64,000 nt of DNA from Camelus dromedarius (lineage: Eukaryota): contig NC_087437.1 in assembly GCF_036321535.1 (NCBI RefSeq), forward strand, positions 34,598,001 through 34,662,000, read 5' to 3'. A program made the translations under genes and the position numbers. The notes beneath the pieces were generated by a model. It did no database searches. It was not told the origin of the DNA and worked only from the letters and a program-made list of their open reading frames with translations. Position 1 is the stretch's first letter. Every line of letters starts with the position of its first letter. This document shows positions 25,165-39,620 of the stretch, piece by piece.

Positions 25165-26069
25165 GTTTTTTTTTTTTTTCTTTCTCCATTCCTGCCAGTT
25201 TTTTGAAATCTATTGCTGGGAACTTCCTACAATGAGTCAAACGATGAACTCCAGGCTGTTAATTCCCCAGAGGCTATGCTCTCCTATAGGGAGCAGAATT
25301 TGTATCTTAAAGCTCAGGAATCAGGGTCCTTAGGGTTTAGTGCAAGGTCTGGGCTTATTTATGGCTCAGTTCCAGGCTGCAATCCCAAGACCGGCTTCAG
25401 TAGATTTCAGTATAACAGTTATTACTTGGGAACATATGTACAGTTCACTGTACTGATCAAACAGGAACCAGAGTTAGACTTTGCTCTCACAGATCTTGTC
25501 ATTCACAGGGGAAACAATGTGAAGCCAGTAGCCCGAGTAGGGCAATAAGTGCTAAATGCTATAACAGGAGACACTCTGATCTGGGGAAACAGGAAGTGCT
25601 TCATGCAGGAGGTGGTGTTTAAGAGGGCCCTTATTCCCAGGGACCCCGTGAAGGTGCAGGTTAGTCACTGGAAATTCCCATCACTAGGAGACTCTCCAAA
25701 GACATTGTGGGAGGGCAGGAGGTGAGAAGGAGCTGGAGACTGAATTGGAATTCGCCTGAGAGGCTCAGAACTCCCAGGGAAGCCATGGTACTAGTAGAAG
25801 ACACTCTTTGCTCCTACCTCACCTCCAACAAGGCTCTTTTGGACTGGAAGCAGGCTTCAAGCCCCCACTGCAGCCCCCAGGACTCCAAATCTTAAAGTCA
25901 CAGAGAAAAATAAAGGTACAGTAAAGCAAGGGTGCCAGCCCGTGAATTCCTTCTGTAGTTTTCTTCTCTCATCTTAGCTATGACCTGTTGTTCAGCAAAC
26001 AACAGATCTGATCTGAGTAGCTCCTTCTATGCTATGCAGTAGGGATTCAAATAATAAAGTAGACATATA

Positions 26070-26345
26070 CTTAATTATAGTTGCCATTGGTTGAATACTG
26101 TGTGTGCCAGGAATCGTGTTAAATGCTTTCATACATATCCTCATTTAATGTTCACAACTGCCCTGAGAGAAATAGGCATTATTATCTCAATTTTACAGAT
26201 AAGACTACTGCGACTAAATAAGGTTAAACAACAATAACAATCACAAAAAAAAACTATCTGGTATTTTAACTGAGGAGTGGCAGAGCCAAGGTTCAAACTC
26301 AGGTGTCTGACTTCAAGGCTTGTGCTGTAAATTGCCATGATATTG
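26070..26345 (-). mobile_element. MIR SINE
   Basis: CTCATTTAATGTTCACAACTGCCCTGAGA...TTTTACAGAT...GGCAGAGCCAAGGTTCAAACTCAGG. Confidence 0.8.
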
Positions 26346-26402
26346 TTTTATAAATAAGGTATGGCCTCTGCCTTCATTGAACTCAATTAAGAATAAACCC
26401 AC

Positions 26403-27130
26403 ACTAAATAGAACTACCATATGATCCAGCAATCCAACTTCTAGGTATATACCCAAAGGAAATGAAATCACTACCTTGAAGAGATATCTGCACTCCCATG
26501 TTCATTACAATATTATTCACAATGGCCAAGACATGGAAACAACCTAAGTGCCCATCGATGGATGAATGGATAAAGAAAATATGGTGTATGTATACAATGG
26601 AATATTATTCATCCATGAAAAGAAGGAAATCCTGACATTTATAACATGGATGAAACTGGAGTTTGGAACTATGCTAGGTGAAATAAGTCAGACAGAGAAA
26701 GACAAATACTGTATGATCTTACTTATATGTGGAATCTAAAAAAGCCAAACTCATTAAAACAGAAAGTGGATTGGTAGTTGCCAAGGGTGATGGTGGTGGT
26801 TGGTGGGGTGATGGCGGAAGTTGATAAAACGGTACAAACTGTCAATTATAAGATGAATAAGTTGTGAGGATCTAATGTACAGCATAGTGACTATAGTTAC
26901 TAACATTGTAATATATCCTTGATATTTGCCAAGAAAGTAAATCTTAAACATTCCCACCACCAAAAAAACAGTAACTATGTGAGGTGATGGAGGATGTGTT
27001 AATTAGCTCTCTTGTGGGAATCCTTTCACAATGTATATGAAATCAAATCATGTTGTGTACTTTAATATATTATTATATATGTATTATATAATAGATTTCA
27101 ATTTATTTGTCAATTATAGTTCATAAAGCT
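26403..27130 (+). mobile_element. 5'-truncated L1 (L1MA-type 3' end)
   Basis: AGAACTACCATATGATCCAGCAAT...GTGGAATCTAAAAAAG followed by an L1MA-like 3'UTR. Confidence 0.85.
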
Positions 27131-27939
27131 GGGGGGGGGGCAGGGAATGAACAGATTCATGCCACAATATATTGCTTTTATATTAAGAAGTTTCTTGGAA
27201 AAAAACAACCAGGCAGAATGAATTAAGTACAATAATAGAAATGTAAGAAACATACTGAAAAACTGTGACAAAGTTTCTGATTTCAGGAAGGTCTCAAGGG
27301 AGTGGCAATGTTACATGCTTTATAGTAGAGTTCTTCCTAATTTTACAAAATTATTAAAATCACAAATACACATCTTTTTAAAAGTGCATCATCCTTTACC
27401 ATTTTCCCTATGTGATTAAAAAAAATCTTCCTAATAATCTTAAAATTAGGGGTCACTAACTTATATCTATAGGAAATATCAGAATAGAAAATGTCTCCTG
27501 GTGTTTCTGAGTATTGTGGTAGACTGAATTAAGCCAACTGCTTTGTGGCCCAGTCTTAGCATAATGTAAAATTCAGAGGAAACAGTCCCCTAAAATATTG
27601 AAAGGCAATTAAAATGTCTACTTCAGAAAACTCTGGATATGTGTGGTGGGTTTGGTGGGTGTGGTGAGCAGATACATTTTTAATGTAGAGCAAACCTTAC
27701 CAGTAGCTCTTTCCTATCTGTCATTTCAACATCTCTCCTCATACAACAGCTGTTCCTCAAAAGTCTCTAATATCCTCCAAGAAACTTAAAAACACTCTCA
27801 TGCTTTTTCCACTCTCTTCCCTGGGATCCATCTATTTTCTTCTGTCAGTCACTTGCTTTCTTTTCAAGGTAAATTTTACCAATTTTTCCTTTCTTTGGCA
27901 TTCCCTTCTGCTCTCCCTAGCATGCTCCTCTACACTCTT

Positions 27940-27942
<3 letters not shown>

Positions 27943-27979
<37 letters not shown>
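27943..27979. repeat. (CA)n microsatellite
   Basis: About 18 CA units. Confidence 0.95.
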
Positions 27980-27981
<2 letters not shown>

Positions 27982-28178
27982 GTACACTTTTCATTCTGAT
28001 CTACCTAATAATGCCCAGAATTGATGGAAGAGGAAAAGATTAGATGAACATCAACAAAATATTCTTTAGCAGGTGAGAAGAGGCTGTGGATATTAACATC
28101 CTTATATTTATTACTGTCATATATCTTATTCTCTGTTATCCATGTGTAACAAAGCAAAATTTTGATCAAAATAGCATG

Positions 28179-28741
28179 CTGAACACTATATACAATAGTC
28201 AAGACATGGAAACAACCTAAATGTTCATTGACAGGTGACTGGATAAAGAGTCTGTGGTATGTTTATACAATGGACTACTACTGAGCCATAAAAGAGTAAA
28301 ATAATGCCACTTGCAACAACATGGATGGACCTGGAGATAGTCATTCTAAGAGAAGTAAGCCAGAAAGAGAAAGAAAAATACCATATGATATCATTCATAC
28401 ATGGAATCTAAAAAAAGGAAAAAAGAAGACACCAATGAACTTATCTACAAAACAGAAACAGACTCACATACATAGTAAACAAACTTATGGTTACTGGGGG
28501 AAAAAGGAGTGGGAAGGGATAAATTGGGGGTTCAAGATTTGCAAATATTAACTACTATAAGACAGAATAAACAACAAGTTTATTCTGTATAGCACAGGGA
28601 ACTATATTCAACATCTTGTAAAAGAATATGAAAATGAATATACGTATGTATATGTATGACAGAAACATTATGCTGTACACCAAAAACTGACACATTATAA
28701 AGTAACTATACATTAACTAAAAAAAAAAAAAAAGAGTTAAA
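28179..28741 (+). mobile_element. 5'-truncated L1 3' end with poly(A)
   Basis: ORF2 tail, 3'UTR and A15; TSD AAAATAGCATG at 28168-28178 and 28742-28752. Confidence 0.9.
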
Positions 28742-29162
28742 AAAATAGCATGGTTAATGATTTAGAATGTGAATAGTAAATATCAGTTAAATATTTCTAT
28801 CTGACTTTCTATGTATTCTGAGGTGAAAAAAATCCCTACGGGGCGTAAGAATAAAGAACAGCAAATATATAAGCAGTAGCAGTGACTGTTCCCTTTTACA
28901 GTTAATTTGTCATTTTAAAAAGTTGAACATTACTATGTTCTGATGATGAACAAATCAGGTTCAGCAAAACCAAGGAAGATCGAGGATTTCAGATGGAGTG
29001 TCCTGATATATTGCCTCTTGTAGGTAGCACTGAGGGACAATCTGCAGAGGCTTCAGCGTGTTGGGTATGTGAAAGAACTACCCTCAAAACAGCAACTGTC
29101 AGGCTTCTGCAGACCCTGGGGTCGCCCTGTTCTTGTTTGCATAAACTCTCTCTCCAGAGATG

Positions 29163-29205
<43 letters not shown>
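29163..29205. repeat. (GACA)n microsatellite
   Basis: About 10.5 perfect GACA units. Confidence 0.95.
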
Positions 29206-29659
29206 TGAGAAGCAGAGAGAAACCAGACAGACTTCTCCTTTGGCATTGCTAACAGTATTTTAACATAATTTGGGACATAACATCCACCAGATTTTTAGCA
29301 TAATGATCAGCAGATTAAATTACTTCAAGCACAAGAAAGCACATTTTACCTTGAAAGTACCACACAAATATAAAAATTGGTTATTAGATGGTAACCATCT
29401 GAGTAATATTTTCCAAACATTACCTCATTTTGTCCTCATGAAATCTTGCAGGGAGACATAATGAATATTATCAACAATATTTTAAAGAAATGAGGAACCA
29501 GTTAAGCAGTTACTAAACCTAGTCCTCTGATTTCCAAGATTAAAAAAAAAACAAATGTAATTATTATTATACAGTGAATTCAACAATAATGTGGCACATA
29601 CAGATTTTACCATTAAATTTCTGTTTCTATTAACAAAATGGGACTATGTGTCAGAGTAT

Positions 29660-30340
29660 TTCTTGGACTGAAAGCCTAGGAGCCATCTTCCTTTCCCCCA
29701 TATAACCAACATCTATTGGGAAATCCTGTCAGTTCTTTCTTCAAAATGCCTCTCCCTTCTGGCCACTTCTCAGTCCTCATCACTACCACCAGGCCTTCAT
29801 CAATTCTCACCTGGACGGATGGCAGAATTCTGCAGGAGAGGTCTAAAAGTGGAAATCAGATCACATCACTGCCTTGTCTTAGTCCCAGCTGTTCACTGCT
29901 TACCCTACCTGGTGCCAACCTCTTACTTCTCTCACTCTCTCCCTCTCCAGCCACTCTTGCCTTAATGTCCCTCTATTGCTGCTAATTTGCTACAGCCTCT
30001 GTGGCCATAAACTTGCTGTCTCCCCAGCTTAGAATACACTGTTCTCCAGGCTTCAAATCCTTCCATTCTCCAATCAAATATGCAGAGCATTCTTTGAATC
30101 CTTAGCTAAATGATCCTCCTCATCCCTGCCACCCCCTACATCTTACCCTGCTTTGATTTTTCATAGTATTTATTACGGTCTCAAAGTATATCATTCACTC
30201 ATTTACTCACTTATTGTGTCTTTCCCTCCCTAGAAGGTAAGCTCCTTGGGAGCAGGAACTTTGTTCACTGTTGTATCCTAGAATAGTGCTTACGACATAA
30301 AAGGTATTTAACAGATATTTGGAGAAGGAATGAATGAATG
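29660..30340 (+). mobile_element. L2 3' fragment
   Basis: CCTAGGAGCCATC, TCAGATCACATCACT, GTAAGCTCCTTGGGAGCAGGAAC, terminal (GAAT)n. Confidence 0.7.
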
Positions 30341-30834
30341 GTCTGAACCTTAAAATGAGGGCTTGTCAGGGTCCCAGGCTGCCTCTTGGGATGGAATATG
30401 TATCTGATAATGCAGAGTGAAAAGAATGGCAGGTCTGGATCTAGGACAGTCTCACTCTAACCTCAGTTCCCCCCAAGCAAGCCCCTCCCTCAGGGACAGT
30501 GTGCTGCACTGAAATGAACATAGCCACAGCTGGGTGAGAATTCTGGTTTGTCACTTGTTTTGGCTCTTAGGCAGTTTACTTCACCTTTCTGAGCCTCAGT
30601 TTTCACAATTAGAACAGTGACTTGAACAAGAAACAAACTTCCATTGTGTTAAGCCATGGCAATTTGGAGGTTGTTACCGCCACCACTGTTAATTATCTTG
30701 ATACAGCAGGATCATGCTTCTTGATCCTATGTCCCGAAACCCTCATTTCCCCAGTCTTCTTTTCCACAGAAGTCCCCTCTTCCCTGCCCATTCTAGGACC
30801 CCCATTTGACCCACCCCAAAACAGGAAGGGAAAG

Positions 30835-30961
30835 GGATTTAATATTTCTCCAACTTTTTATTTTGAAAAATTTCAAGCCTTTAGAAAACTTGAAAGTAAA
30901 ATTAACACAGGTGTACTTTTCACTTAAACAGTTGTAACAATTTGGCCATATCTGTGCTCTT

Positions 30962-30998
<37 letters not shown>

Positions 30999-32880
30999 GT
31001 ACAATCATCCTGACACTTCAACCTAAATACTTTATCACCTGTCTCCTTAAAATGGACGCTCTCTTATGTAATAACAGTATATTATACATAAGATTTAAAA
31101 CATTAATTAAATATCATCTGAGTCTGTAATTGAATTTCCCTTCAAATAAAACATAATTTTTTTGATCCAAGATCTATTCCATTTGGTTACGTCACTTTCA
31201 ACTTAGAGTATCTTCCCTGTCTTTTCCTGTTTTTCCATGATCTAGAAATTTCTGCAGAATCTAGTCCAGATAATTTAAAGAATGTCCCACAGTCTGGATT
31301 TCTCTGACTGTTCCTTCATGATTAAATTCAAGTTAAACATTTTTGGCAAGAGTATTCCACAAGTGAAGCTGTAATTCCCACTGCATCCATTAGGAGGCAC
31401 ATAGTGTCAGACTGTCCCATTACTGATGATGCTACATTTGATCACTTCTTTTATGACAGTGCCCACTAGATTTTCCCATGGCAAAAATATAACTTTTGCC
31501 CTTGTTCTTAATAAGTAATTTGGTATAATAAGTACGATATTTTGAGATCTTATGAACATCCAGTTCCCCCAAAACCTTTCTCTTAATGGTTTTATCATCT
31601 AGTGATGATCCTTTTCTGAATTAGTTGTTACATTGAGAATTGCAAAGCAATGATTTTCTAAACTTGTTTCTTCTTGTATATTTATCAACTGGCATTCTTC
31701 GGTAAAAAAAAAAGAGCTTTCTTTTTGATTCCCCTTCTCTGTAAGCAATCAACTTCTCTCTCTCTCTCGATATTTTTAAATTCAAAGTTTTATAATCCAG
31801 CACTATTCAAACTGAGGTCCATAGATTAGCTGCAGCAGCATCACCTGCAAGCTGCTTAGAAATTTAAATTCTCAAACCCCACCCCAGACCTATTACTCAG
31901 ACTATCTGGGGACGGAGGGTGTGAAGGAAGTTTCTGGAATTTGTATTGTTACTGACACTGTTATAATCTGTTTCTATCATTATTCTTTTTGATGCTCAAA
32001 CTGTCCCAAATTTGCCCAGGTGAAGCCCCTTGAAGCCAGCTTCCGTGTTCTGTTGACATGTTCCTATTTGTCTTTGAGTAATTCCTTGTTTGGGAGGACA
32101 CTGAGTCATCTTGTACTTTCCCTACTCGGGTGCCTCAGACCTGGAATTAACTATTTCTCCTTTCATTAGGGAATGGCATTTAGAAACAGAATAATGATGC
32201 TAGCTGTGCTCATTGTTACTGGGGTGTCACCACTTAAAGGTCCATTCAATAGAAAAAGCAAGGAAAGATTTATGTATGTATATACATATATATATATATA
32301 CACACACACACATTTTTTAAAAAATAATAGTTACATCCAAATTGAATTGACGCCATAGAATTTATCCTTATCTTCCCCATTCCTGTTTGTATCCCTCTTC
32401 TCCTACAAAGAACTCTGGTTCTAAAAAGCATCAATATACTTACTCATTTGCCCTATGCTACAGCACAACAAAATACTTTCAGAATCACTATACCAATAGC
32501 ACCATCTTGAATAAACCCATTCAGGAAAGTTCAAGACATCTTTTTAGTTATTTCTGTTTTTATTCAGAGCGCTGTGTTCAAAAGTTACTTTAATTAATTT
32601 TTGTATATCTATATTATAAATATGATATGATTTTAGGTGATTTTTGCTATTTGTATTCAATTTATAATTTGACTCTATCTTTTGAGTTAATATTCCTTTT
32701 AATTTTTGAATTCATAGAATATTTACATGCCTCAAATGTGAAAACTATATAAAAAGGTATATTCAGAGAAGTCTGGCTCACATCCTAGCCTTTCCCATCC
32801 ATCCCCAACCTGTAATTACTTTCATTAGTTTCTTATTTATCTTTCTTTTGTTTTCTAATTATAAAAATAATCAAATACAC
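30835..32880 (-). mobile_element. Old L1MC-type fragments with a (CA)n at 30965-30997 and a MER5-like insert at about 31798-31920
   Basis: TTTGATGCTCAAACTGTCCCAAATTTG, homologous in opposite orientation to about 36950-37380; MER5 motif AGCATCACCTG...CCCCACCCCAGACCTA. Confidence 0.6.
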
Positions 32881-32885
32881 ATAAT

Positions 32886-34320
32886 TACATATATGGTCAA
32901 TTAATCTTCAACAAAGGAAGCAAGAATATACAATGGAGGAAAGACAGTTTCTTCAGCAAGTTGTCCTGGGAAAGTTGGAAAGCCACATATAAATCAATGA
33001 AATTAGAATACTCCCTGACACCATACACAAAATTAAACTCAAAATGGCTTACAGACTTAAACATAAGACAAGACACCATAAACCTCCTAGAAGAGAACAT
33101 AGGCAAAACATTCTATGATATAAATTGTAGCAATGTTCTCCTAGGGCAGTCTACCCAGGCAATAGAAATAAAAGCAAAAATAAACAAATGGGATCTAATT
33201 AAACTTATAAGCCTTTGAACAGAAAAGGAAACCACAAATAAAATGAAAAGACAACCTACAGAATGGGAAGAGTATTTTCAAATGACGCAGCCGACAAGGG
33301 ATTAATTTCCAAAATATACAACTAGTTCATACAGCTCAATATTAAAAAAAAAAAAATGCAAACAACCCAGTCAAAAAATGGGCAGAAGAGCTAAAGAGAC
33401 ATTTCTCCAAAGAAGAAATACATATGGCCAACAGGCACATGAAAAGATGCTCAACATCGGTAATTATTAGAGAAATGCAAATCTAAACTACAATAAGGAA
33501 CACCTCACACCAGTCAGAATGGCCATCACCAAAAAGTCTACAAATAATGAATGCTGGAGAGAGTGTGGAGAAAAGGGAACCCTCCTACACTGTTAGTGGG
33601 AATTTAAATTGGTGCAACCACTATGGAGAACAGTATGAAGGTTTCTTAAAAAACTAAAAATAGAGTTACCATGTGATCCAGCAATCCCACTCCTGGGCAT
33701 ATAACCAGAAAAGATAAAAACTCTAATTCAAAAAGATACCTGCACCCCAATGTTCATAATGACACTATTTACAATAGCCAAGACATGGAAGCAGTCTAAG
33801 TGTCAATCAACAGATGACTGGATAAAGAAGATGTGGTATATTTATACAATGGAATACTACTCGGCCATAAAAAAGAATGAAATAATGCAATTTGCAGCAA
33901 CATGGATGGACCTAGGGATTATCATACTAAGTGAAGTAAGCCAGACAGAGAAAGATAAATATCATATGATATCACATATATGTGGAATCTTAAAAAATTA
34001 TACATAAACTTATTTATAAAACAGAAACAAATTCACAAACAAAACTTATGGTTACTGAAGGGGATATAGGGGTAGGAGGAATACATTAGGAGCTTGGGAT
34101 TAACAGATACATATTACTATATATAAAGTAGTTAAACAACAAGGTCCTACTGTATAGCACAGGGAACTATATTTAATATCTCGTAATAACCTATAATGGA
34201 AAAGAATCCGAAAAAGAATACATATATATATATATATGTATGTATAACTGAATCACTTTGCTGTACACCAGAAACTAACACAACTTTGTAAATCAACTAT
34301 ACTTCAATTTTTTTAAAAAA
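32886..34320 (+). mobile_element. 5'-truncated L1 (3' third of ORF2 and 3'UTR)
   Basis: Encodes KSMKLEYSLTPYTKLNSKW, EIKAKINKWDLIKL and [21 protein letters not shown] in broken frames. Confidence 0.92.
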
Positions 34321-36189
34321 ACTCCTTTTTTTAAAAAACTACATTCTATTTTCCCCTATTTCTTACACAAAATGTCACATTTTATTTACAGAGTATAAAT
34401 AATTTTAAAATACAGATTTGTTACCAACTCATTATTATATTAAAAAAGAGGAAAACCTCCTTAGTACAACAAACTGATTCTCTTACATCCCTCTTCAAGT
34501 TATACATGTGGCATTGTATTTCTAAATCAAGTTGGATTGTCTTTCACTTTAAAGTATTTTTAAGGCATTTTTCCATTCTAGTTCAATGTACCTACTGTAG
34601 TTGTCTGTTAATGGGAAACACTACAGACTGGTGACAAGATATGATCCTGTGTTTTCCATGGGATAACCTCCATTACCTACATACTTACCTTTTTGTTCTT
34701 GTTTTAAAGTAAAAGATATACTTCACATTTATACTAAAACTTAATCTTGTGTCAAAAATACACTGGCCCAAATTTGTAAAAATAAAGTGTATATATTTAC
34801 ATAGGAAATCTAAAACGCAACAAAATGTTTGGGCGGTTACACTATAGACAATTATAACTCCTTATAGATCTCAGTATTTTTCAAATTTTAGTGAGCCTGT
34901 TGTTTTTATATTCATGGGAAAAACACTATTTTCAAAAGAGCTGTTTAACCTTCAGAGCCTGTATAAGACCTGAGTGGACAATGCATGGCCCTAGAATTGT
35001 CATTTCAAAAGCATTGATCTAAAGTAATAAAAAAAAAAATCCCTTTAATGACCAGAAATACTGCAATGTACAGACACATGGAGGCATTATAACCAAGTTT
35101 TTATAATTAAAGAAAAAACCCAGAAACCAAGGAACAGAACAGTTAACATGTGTACTCATTGTAGGTCAGGTTCTGTTCTAAGCACTGATACGTATTATCT
35201 CATTTCATCCTGGCATTAACTCTATAGAATAATACCATTATTATCCTCATTTATAGAGAAGAGATCTGAGACTCAAAGCCATCCAGCCACCCAAAATTGT
35301 GAAAAGCATTTAGAGTGGTCTTTCGTATATAATTAAGCTCCTACTGTCAGTTGTTGGGTGAAAATTCTACACTGTACATTTGTGTAATTCTCTTTTAAGG
35401 GCTACTTCACAATTTCCAATGATCTCCCCATCACTGCACTCAGAGTCTAAGAACAGCCAGGGAGCAGAGAATGAAAATTTAAATTTTTTTAGTTTTTCAT
35501 CAGAAACAGAAAGACTGGAAAAAAGGAACTTACAACTCTCTGTTAGCATTTTGCTACATTTTCTTTTAGTCTTTATTTTTCTTCCGTGTGTATATATTCA
35601 ATAGCTCTTTTTTAATAATTTGGTGATTTGCTTTTTTCATCTATCATTTCATCAATATGTTATATATCTTTACCATATTATTATACATCTTTCAGACCAA
35701 TCATTTTTCAGTGTTACATCATTTTCAATGAAGTAAATATACCATAGTTTATTTAGTCATTTCTCCACTATTGGCTTATTAGGTTGCAGCCAATTTTCCA
35801 TGTAAATAATTCAACAACAAACACTGCCATGTGTATTTCCCCCTCCCTCATATTTATTCCTCTATTGTGCAACTATTGTCTGAATACCTAATAAATATTG
35901 GCCACTGTATCAGGTGCTGGGTTTAAGATTTCCTCCCTAGAACAGTATTTCAAGACTGCAGAGTTTTATGCCTCAGTATATACTGTCAATTTGCCTTCTA
36001 AAAAGGTCAAAATCAGGTTATTCTAAACAAATTCTTTAAAAATAAGGAAAAAAGAGATGTAAAAACTTCTAGTCATTAGAGGACTGATGACTACAACCTT
36101 ATGTATTGAAGACATCAAAATAAGTAAATCTGTAGATTTCAAATCACTTATAACAGCAAAAATTAATGCCTAAATTTATAGCAGTTTTT

Positions 36190-37380
36190 ACTATGACTCA
36201 CAATCCAGACCTAATAAAAGATAATATTGATAAATTCAACTATGTAAAAATGAAAATTATGGCAAATATCATAAACAAAGTCAAAAGACAATTATCAAAC
36301 TGGGAGTTAATATTTGCAATATGTATCACAGATAAACATCATATGTTCCTAATATAAGAGAACACTTAAAATTCAAAAAGAAAAAAGAACCAACTCTATA
36401 GAAAAATGTACAAAAGACATGCACATAGTTAACAATAAATGATATTTAAATGATCCTTAAACAAATGAAAAATTCTTCAGCTTCACTATTAGAGAAATGC
36501 AAATTATCACTACAATTTGATATCATCTCTCACCTATTATGTTTGCAAAAATCTCAAAGTTTGACAACATATTTTGTATTTCTGTTGGTGAAACTGTGGG
36601 AAAATGGATAATCTCTTCCAATGCTAGTGGAAATACAAAAAAAGGATGATTTCTGTAGAGAATCTGGCATTATCTAGCAAAGCCTCATTTGCACTTACCT
36701 TTTAATCTAGCAGGAATTTTTAATCTTGTAGTAACTTCCTCTGAAGATATACAACCACAGATCTGAAACAACATATGTGGAAGGTTATTGACTGTGGCAT
36801 TATTTGTAATAGAAAAATACTGGAAATAACCTGAATGTTCTTTTATAGGGAGACTGGTTTGTTTTTGTTTTTTTTTTTAAAAAAAGGTATATTAGAGTGA
36901 AATACTACTCAGCAAAGCAAAAGAATGAAAAGGGGGACATGCCAAAAGGAAACTAAAAGGCAATGACACCCCAGTAGCTCTTGGTTTCTAAATATCTTAC
37001 CTCACTAGAAGGAACCAGAGCTCCCTGGAGAAATGAAAGTTCAGATTTGAGGGAGGTAAAGTACAGGTGAGCCTGAAATATCTTATGCCAGGGAGTAAGA
37101 AAGCACTCAAAGGCTGATGGAGATAGGTCAAAATGTAATAGTAGTGGCTTAAAGGGACTCCCATTGGCCATATCTAAGACAATTTGAGCATCAAAAAAGA
37201 AGACAGATGATAATGGATTATAACATCGAATAAATAAAAAAAAATTGTTAAGTCTGTAGTGATATTTATTAAAAATATAAGAAGACAAGAAAGAAAAGGT
37301 ATGGTTTGGGGGAAGCTCTTTTGTACAGAAAAATGTCAAGGGCATGATAGAATTGGAAAGCCACTATTTTACAGCTGTAA
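36190..37380 (+). mobile_element. Old L1M ORF2 3' region and 3'UTR
   Basis: Degenerate IINKVKRQLSNWELIFAICITDK; TTAGAGAAATGCAAATT. Confidence 0.7.
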
Positions 37381-38029
37381 AGTAATTTGAGTTATTATAA
37401 AAATAATTTTAGTACAACACAAGATGGTTTCCTGAAATATCTTCTGACTCTGTGATCTAGGATTAACAGACTTTGAAATGGAAAATCTGGATCAGATAAA
37501 GGAAAGGCTGTGGGATCCTTACTTTACCATGTTTTTTCCTTTCTCCCCAAAGCTGAAAATCACCATTTATAAGTCCATTAAGAGCAGATCTTCAGTTTCC
37601 TGACCTTGAATTCTTTTTGTCTTTTGTCATGTGGCTACAAGGTATATTGGAACTACCCGCTAAAAGAGGCTTCATCAGAAACAAAATTGAAAGACATATG
37701 TCAAGTTGTGAGTTTGATATATATTTGCACATTTGCAAATACATTTGATATATATGTAATATAAATCATAGACTAAAGTCTTATGTCCCTAACAGAAATA
37801 TTGTTATTTATGTTATTTATATTGTCAAGGTTGTGGGGGAAAAAACTTTATTTAGCTTTCTGAACCAGATAAAGTGTCCCATCTCCAGTTTAAAACATGG
37901 ATTTTCTGAGGAAAGTAAAGCTTCCTAACATCTAGATTTCTAAGAGACTAGGCTGAAGGGTAGAGTCTATAATAATACCGCTCCAATTCAGGGAGGATCT
38001 CCACAGGTCACACATTCATTTCATTCTGC

Positions 38030-38134
38030 CATGTCTAGTCAGACCAGTGCACACCTGTTGACCTGATGTAAATGTTAATGGTACTCCCTTTCACTCTCAA
38101 AAGTGTCTCAGTTTGGACCATATTTGGTTACCCC
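38030..38134. mobile_element. MER81-like hAT-Blackjack fragment
   Basis: CCCTTTCACTCTCAAAAGTGTCTCAGTTTGGAC...TGGTTACCC; similar to 17869-18000. Confidence 0.55.
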
Positions 38135-38234
38135 ACTTCAGGGAGATTCCTGATGCTACTTAGGGAAGATTTCATTTGTCTGATGTTGAAGGGTAAATAT
38201 CAAAATAGAGAGGGAAGCAGGGAAAGATTCAGAA

Positions 38235-38687
38235 ATGTGTAGACAGAATAATGCTCCCCCCAAAGATATCCTTGTTCTAATCCCTTGATCTGTGAATATG
38301 TTACCTTACATGGCAAAAGGAAAACATGTTTAAATTATGTTGTGATGGGGAGATTATCCTGGACTATCCAGGTGAGCCTAATCTAATTACATGGATCCTT
38401 ACAATTGGAGGAACTTTCCTGACTCATTTCATAGAGGATATGACTATGGAAAAATGCTCAGAGATACAACATTGCTGGCTTTGAACACGGGATAAGTGGA
38501 TCACAAGCCAAGGAATGTGGGCAGCCTCTAGTGGCTAGAAAAAGCAATGAAATAGATTCTCCCCTAGAGCCTCCAGAAAGGAATACAGACCTGCCAACAC
38601 CCACAGAACTGTAAGGTAATAAATCTGTATTGTTTTAAGCCACTAATTGTATGGCAATTTGTTACAGCAAGAAAGGAAACGAATACA
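38235..38687 (+). mobile_element. MLT1D-type MaLR solo LTR
   Basis: AGACAGAATAATGCTCCCCCCAAAGATATCC...AATTTGTTACAGCAAGAAAGGAAACGAATACA. Confidence 0.85.
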
Positions 38688-39292
38688 TGGAATTGATAGC
38701 AACTCTAGTGAGCTTGGAAGGATCCAACGAGCTATCCATTTATTTAACAAATATATAAGTCCTTATCTATGTCTGACGCAATCATGAGTAAGATGACCTT
38801 CCCAAGAAGTTTACAGCTCCAGAGGAAGACAGTCACTGAAACACGTAATTAATATTGTTATCAGTGTTCTAAGAGGGTTAGTAGGGGTTGGCATAAGGTA
38901 ATTAGTGAGCACTTGGGAGTAAACCAGAATATGTAAACATGGACAGAGGGCATCCCAGTTTGAAGGTATAGCATGTATGGCATGGGTGAAGGGTCAGGCA
39001 GCGGTTTGAAAGCATAAGGATTAAGGCAGTAACTAGCCAGCAGTACAGTTTGGCTGGACCATAAAATAGATGGGAAAGGGGGACAGAAGTGCTATTCTGG
39101 GTCAAGTGGTAAAGGGTCTAGAATACTTGGCTACGAGTTTGAACTTTATCCTTCAAGCAATGGGAAGATATTTTAAAACAAAATTTTAAAGCAGAGAATA
39201 GGACAGTGTCAACTTATATTTTATAGAGATATCTCTTATAATCTTCACTAAAACAGAGACCAAATTTGTTTTTGCTCACTACCATACACCCT

Positions 39293-39620
39293 TGTGTCAA
39301 TCAGAATAGGTTAAGTTACATTGTGGTGACCAATGCCACCAAGAGTCTCGGTGCCTTACAACAAAAGATGTTTATCTCTTTCCCATGCTATATGTTTATC
39401 ATGAGTCAACATGGACCCTTGCTCATCTGAACCATTCAGAGTTATAGGCTGATGAAGCTACCATAATTTCAAATGTTGCCTGCTGTGGGGCAAGAGAGAG
39501 GGAAAAGAGTTCTGGAGTACCGCAGATCAGCATTAAATGATGTCTCTAAGAGTGACATGGGTCACATCCACTCACACATCATTGATCTGGACCAAGAAGT
39601 ATAATCCCACTATGAGCTGA
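39293..39620 (-). mobile_element. Old MaLR (MLT1J/K-like) LTR fragment
   Basis: TGTGTCAATCAGAATAGGTTAAGTTAC...CCTTACAACAAAAGATGTTTAT. Confidence 0.5.

Noticed and set aside
24124..25185. ARL14 as a processed pseudogene
   Set aside because: The ORF and GTPase motifs are intact, no poly(A) tail or TSD is visible, and ARL14 is natively intronless in its CDS
28989..29263. ORFs with TDRQ or SVCL repeats
   Set aside because: Translation of the (GACA)n microsatellite
34683..34733. Perfect minus-strand donor AG|GTAAGT
   Set aside because: No convincing acceptor; isolated 8-mers are expected by chance in 64 kb
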